This document shows, piece by piece, positions 60,366 to 64,000 of a stretch of 64,000 nt of DNA. The position numbers and the translations under genes are program-made. The number at the start of each line of letters is the position of its first letter. Position 1 is the first letter of the stretch. Where the stretch lies: NCBI GenBank assembly GCA_963718615.1, contig OY970368.1:5696001-5760000 (forward strand), in the 5' to 3' direction. This stretch comes from an uncultured cyanobacterium (GTDB lineage Bacteria > Cyanobacteriota > Cyanobacteriia > PCC-9006 > JAAUQQ01). Below the pieces are notes generated by a model. That model was given only the letters and a program-made list of their open reading frames with translations, was not told the DNA's origin and ran no database searches.

Positions 60366-60941
60366 TCATTCAGCATCGAGGGGATAGCCCATCTGATGGA
60401 GCGGAATGGCATAGCCCGCCGTGGTGAGATAAACCGCATCGGCCTGCTGGGCTAGGCGGCGGGTGAGTTGGCCGAGGCGATCGCGAAAACGACGCCCCAG
60501 AGCATAGGCCGGAACCACCCCCCATCCCGTTTCCTCGGCGACCAAAATCACCAAGGCGGGACAGGACCGTAGGGCTTCCCCGAGGCTCTGACTGCGAGCT
60601 TGCCAATCTGTCTCCGCCATTTCCAGGCCATTGGCTACCCAGGTGCCGAGGGAGTCGATCAGCAGGCAATCTTCAGAATTTGCGGTGGCCAGGGTTTCTG
60701 CGAGGGCTTCAGGAACTTCTTTGAGGCCCCAAGTGGCAGGACGGCGCTGGCAGTGTTGTTCGATGCGATCGCACCATTCCGCATCCTCGGGCATAGGACG
60801 GGCGGTGGCGATATAGGTGATGGTTGGGGCGATCGCCTGGGCCGCCAGCCGTTCAGCCCAATCACTCTTACCGGAGCGGGTGGGACCGGTCACCAGAACC
60901 ACCTGTCCAGCCCGAAACCGTGGAATGTCTAAATCCATCAC
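60366..60941 (-). CDS. cobU: Adenosylcobinamide kinase / guanylyltransferase
   Basis: VTGPTRSGKS, YIAT, EETGWGVVP, FRD. Confidence 0.93.
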   Translation of the reverse strand: MMDLDIPRFRAGQVVLVTGPTRSGKSDWAERLAAQAIAPTITYIATARPMPEDAEWCDRIEQHCQRRPATWGLKEVPEALAETLATANSEDCLLIDSLGTWVANGLEMAETDWQARSQSLGEALRSCPALVILVAEETGWGVVPAYALGRRFRDRLGQLTRRLAQQADAVYLTTAGYAIPLHQMGYPLDAE

Positions 60942-61050
60942 TGAACCGCCCTAAAAATCAACCTTGACACAGAACCAAAGAGTGTTAGCCTTGTCGCATC
61001 TTATTCGCCTTAGGCTATTCTTTCATCACACTCAGGTTTTCCCCATCGGT

Positions 61051-61914
61051 ATGCCTTCATCTATCCAAGAAATTGAGGCCGCGTTGGCTCGCGTGCAATT
61101 GCCCCGTCCGCGTCAGACGGCTTCCTTAGGCGCGTTTGGGCGTGGCTTTCGGCACAGTCAGCGCGGGGCTTTGGGCTCCTGCTCTTTTAACATTGAGGGC
61201 TGTGATCCGGCTAGCGATTCAGGCTTGACCTCCATTGCCGCTGTGCAGCCACCGCACTTTTGCAAGCCCCTGCGCAAGGTCGTCTCGGCCCCGGCTGCAA
61301 TGCCTGTCTCAATGCTGGTGAAGCCCTTGCAAGTACCCCCCCCGGCTGCCGAAGTTAAAACCCCCATTCCGGTGCCCTTGGAAGTGACGGAGAGTGGAGC
61401 ACCTGTCCCTAGCGGGGGGGATATTCAGCCCCTGGCGATTCGTCCAATTCAAGAGGGACCAGCCCCCAATCTGCCGCGCTCCAAGCCACCTGAGTTTTCC
61501 TCCCATCGCAACAGTGCGAATCCAGTCCTGTCCCTGGGACTGTTGCAGGACATTGCCAAGGAAGTGATGACCTGGCAGTGGAAACTGCAAGAGGTCCACA
61601 ATGCCATCCAAGCGCTCTATGACGAAGGGCCGATTATTAATGGCTGGCTAGAATCGGGTGATGGAACAGTTCAGCTCACAGAAACCAGCGTTCCTTCAGC
61701 TCTGGGCCAGCACTATCGTCTCTGTGGTCTGGATAAAAGTGGCCAAGTTTGGCGGAAACTCTGTCCACCGGAGCAGTTACCCCAAGTGAGCTTAGCCATC
61801 GCCCGTTATCAAAAACTGCGTCAACTGCTGAGCCAAAAAAAATTACTGGATATGCGACTTCAGCGATTAGCCCAAACCTTAACGATGCTTCGGGGCCATT
61901 TACGGGCTTACTAA
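61051..61914 (+). CDS. Hypothetical protein (Pro-rich N-terminus)
   Basis: FSSHR..ANP, EGPIINGWLES, YRLCGLD, AIARYQKL; start uncertain. Confidence 0.75.
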   Translation: MPSSIQEIEAALARVQLPRPRQTASLGAFGRGFRHSQRGALGSCSFNIEGCDPASDSGLTSIAAVQPPHFCKPLRKVVSAPAAMPVSMLVKPLQVPPPAAEVKTPIPVPLEVTESGAPVPSGGDIQPLAIRPIQEGPAPNLPRSKPPEFSSHRNSANPVLSLGLLQDIAKEVMTWQWKLQEVHNAIQALYDEGPIINGWLESGDGTVQLTETSVPSALGQHYRLCGLDKSGQVWRKLCPPEQLPQVSLAIARYQKLRQLLSQKKLLDMRLQRLAQTLTMLRGHLRAY

Positions 61915-61977
61915 GGACAGAGGGCCAAGTTTTGAGTCGGTGTTGAGGCCCTGTGCTCTTAGTTTGTTGCCGAAGGA

Positions 61978-62937
61978 TTGACCATGATAGCGCCATCAAA
62001 AAAAATTCCCGTCTCGGTCCTCATTCCCGCTAAAAACGAAGAACAAAACCTACCGGCTTGTTTGGCAAGCGTCAGTCGGGCCGACGAAATCTTCGTGGTG
62101 GATTCCCAGAGTGACGACCGTTCCGTGGAAATTGCCGAGCGTTATGGCGCGAAGGTGGAGCAATTTCATTTCAACGGCACTTGGCCCAAGAAGAAGAATT
62201 GGGGGTTAGAAAATCTTCCCTTCCGCAATCAGTGGGTTTTGATCGTCGACTGCGATGAGCGGATCACCGATGAGCTTTGGGATGAAATTGCAGAATCCAT
62301 CCAAAACGAAGATTTCGATGGCTATTACCTGAACCGCCGCGTGTTTTTCCTGGGCAAGTGGGTTCGCCACGGGGGCAAATATCCCGACTGGAACCTGCGC
62401 CTGTTTCAGCATGCCAAGGGCCGTTACGAGGATCTGAAAACCGGTGAAATCCAGAACACGGGCGATAATGAAGTCCACGAGCATGTGGTCCTAGCGGGCA
62501 AGGTCGGCTATCTCCAAAACGACATGATGCACGAGGACTACCGGGACATGTTCCACTGGCTGGCCCGCCACAACCGCTATTCCAACTGGGAAGCCAAGGT
62601 GTATCTCAATCTGCTGGAAGGCAAGGGCGACGACGGTACCATCGGCGCGAATCTGTTTGGCGATTCGGTGCAGCGAAAGCGGTTTCTGAAGAAAATTTGG
62701 GTGCGCTTGCCCTTCAAGCCGACGCTGCGGTTTATCCTGGCTTATTTTCTGCGCTTAGGGTTTCTCGACGGTTTTGCGGGTTACACCTACGCACGGCTGC
62801 TCAGCCAGTATGAATATCAAATTGGCGTCAAGCTCTACGAACTGCGGCAAATGGGCGGCTCGCTGAATAACAGCCAGACGGTGGAAGCCAACCAAGCGGC
62901 GAAGCTGAGTACGACCAAAACCGTTGCCGTTTCCTAG
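61978..62937 (+). CDS. GT2 glycosyltransferase
   Basis: LIPAKNEE, VVDSQS, VDCDE, EVHEH. Confidence 0.92.
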   Translation: MTMIAPSKKIPVSVLIPAKNEEQNLPACLASVSRADEIFVVDSQSDDRSVEIAERYGAKVEQFHFNGTWPKKKNWGLENLPFRNQWVLIVDCDERITDELWDEIAESIQNEDFDGYYLNRRVFFLGKWVRHGGKYPDWNLRLFQHAKGRYEDLKTGEIQNTGDNEVHEHVVLAGKVGYLQNDMMHEDYRDMFHWLARHNRYSNWEAKVYLNLLEGKGDDGTIGANLFGDSVQRKRFLKKIWVRLPFKPTLRFILAYFLRLGFLDGFAGYTYARLLSQYEYQIGVKLYELRQMGGSLNNSQTVEANQAAKLSTTKTVAVS

Positions 62938-62946
62938 GAGGTCAAC

Positions 62947-63597
62947 GTGGTGAATCTTTGCGATCGCTCCCCAGCGCCCCCTCCAGCCAATCTAAGTGCT
63001 TCTGAATCCGATCCCTTTCAATCCCATTCCTGGACGGATCTGGGTCGCTATGATCAATCCCATTTCGATCGCGGGCGGCCCAGTTGGTTCATTCTCATTT
63101 GGTGGTTGGTGCAGGCGATCGCCTTTCCCCTCAGCCCCCATTTTGCCAATGATTTTCGTGCCCGTCTGCTGCGGCTGTTTGGCGCAAGCATCGGTAAACA
63201 GGTGATCATTCGCCCCACGGCTCGATTTACCTATCCTTGGAAAGTGGTCATGGGGGACCACTGCTGGATTGGCGATGATGTCGTGTTCTATAGCTTTGAG
63301 CAAATCCGCCTGGGCAATCACTGTGTGGTTTCCCAAAGGAGCTATCTCTGTACCGGGAGCCACGATGTTACTGATCCCACGTTTAAGCTGACCACTGCCC
63401 CTATCCAAATCGGCAATGGGGCTTGGGTGGCGACGGATTGCTTTGTGGCACCGGGGGTAACCATCGGGGCGAATGCGGTGGTCGGGGCTCGCAGCAATGT
63501 GTTTCGGGATTTGCCTGAGGGGTTTGTTTGTGTGGGGAGTCCCTGTAAGCCGGTGCGGCGGCGGGTGATGGGGAATGGGGTGATGGGGAATGGGTGA
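62947..63597 (+). CDS. WcaF/HpsU-type polysaccharide acetyltransferase
   Basis: LLRLFGA, YPWK, YLCTGSHD, hexapeptide repeats. Confidence 0.9.
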   Translation: MVNLCDRSPAPPPANLSASESDPFQSHSWTDLGRYDQSHFDRGRPSWFILIWWLVQAIAFPLSPHFANDFRARLLRLFGASIGKQVIIRPTARFTYPWKVVMGDHCWIGDDVVFYSFEQIRLGNHCVVSQRSYLCTGSHDVTDPTFKLTTAPIQIGNGAWVATDCFVAPGVTIGANAVVGARSNVFRDLPEGFVCVGSPCKPVRRRVMGNGVMGNG

Positions 63598-63757
63598 TGG
63601 GGTGGGAAACGCAGGACTGTTTCGGTCTGTAAATTTTTCTGTGAACCTTTTTTGCAATTGGTCTTAAGCGATCGCTAAGGCTCACCCGGCTTTGGCTTTC
63701 CTGCGCCATACTGAAGGCTAATTTCTTAATCGCTTCACAATCACGGTGCGGGTTCCC

Positions 63758-64000
63758 ATGATTACGCTTACCCAAACGCCCCAGACTCCGCTTACGGTGA
63801 TGGAGCGCTGTCTGATCGGTGGCAAGGTAGATGCAGCTAAGGCGGGTGAAACCGTGTTGGTTGCGGTGGATGACAATCCTATTATTGCCACCTCACGGGT
63901 GCGGTCAGACGGTAGCTGGACTGTACAGATGCTGTTTCAGCAACCCGGTGCGCAGCAGATCAAAATCATGATTGGCTCGGAGAGCTTACCGTTGCCGCTG
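63758..64000 (+). CDS. Partial hypothetical protein running off the window end
   Basis: Open frame MITLTQTPQT...LPLPL to the last base. Confidence 0.55.
   Translation, partial: MITLTQTPQTPLTVMERCLIGGKVDAAKAGETVLVAVDDNPIIATSRVRSDGSWTVQMLFQQPGAQQIKIMIGSESLPLPL

Noticed and set aside
7212-63603. Short 12-14 bp intergenic tandem repeats (7212, 47470, 50211, 59701, 63566)
   Set aside because: Unrelated units with 2-3 copies each; ordinary slippage-type repeats with no shared motif.
1-64000. Abundant GCGATCGC as a novel repeat
   Set aside because: This is the well-known cyanobacterial HIP1.

Overview
Chromosomal window from a cyanobacterium, probably filamentous: HIP1 GCGATCGC is pervasive, and petL, Fed2, homogentisate phytyltransferase, hps-type glycosyltransferases and a SepJ-like gene are present. 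Positions 1-17 kb and 42.5-64 kb hold mostly core genes (hisZ, accD, pilD, leuB, petL, htrA, folK, lipA, recR, dnaK/dnaJ, prx, trmL, cobU, tRNA-Ser, tRNA-CAT). The segment 17.3-42.3 kb is accessory. Its main structure is an integrase-free cassette-accretion locus around argS. A 142-bp copy of the argS upstream region and first codons brackets a Doc-type TA pair. Three diverged copies of the argS 3' end (differences enriched at silent sites) separate successive downstream cargo blocks: PIN TA, DUF433, and a HEPN-motif protein. A decayed copy of the next gene's 5' end sits where additive single-crossover integration would leave it. A similar direct-repeat pattern is seen in two tandem filamentous-haemagglutinin genes, which also show a G/T-to-C/A strand-skew switch. 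Other notable items: an ABC-ATPase/TOPRIM-like candidate defence pair, an in-frame FolK-NUDIX fusion, and a DnaK with a DRGG(Y/L) repeat tail. All calls come from reading the sequence by eye; no searches were run.
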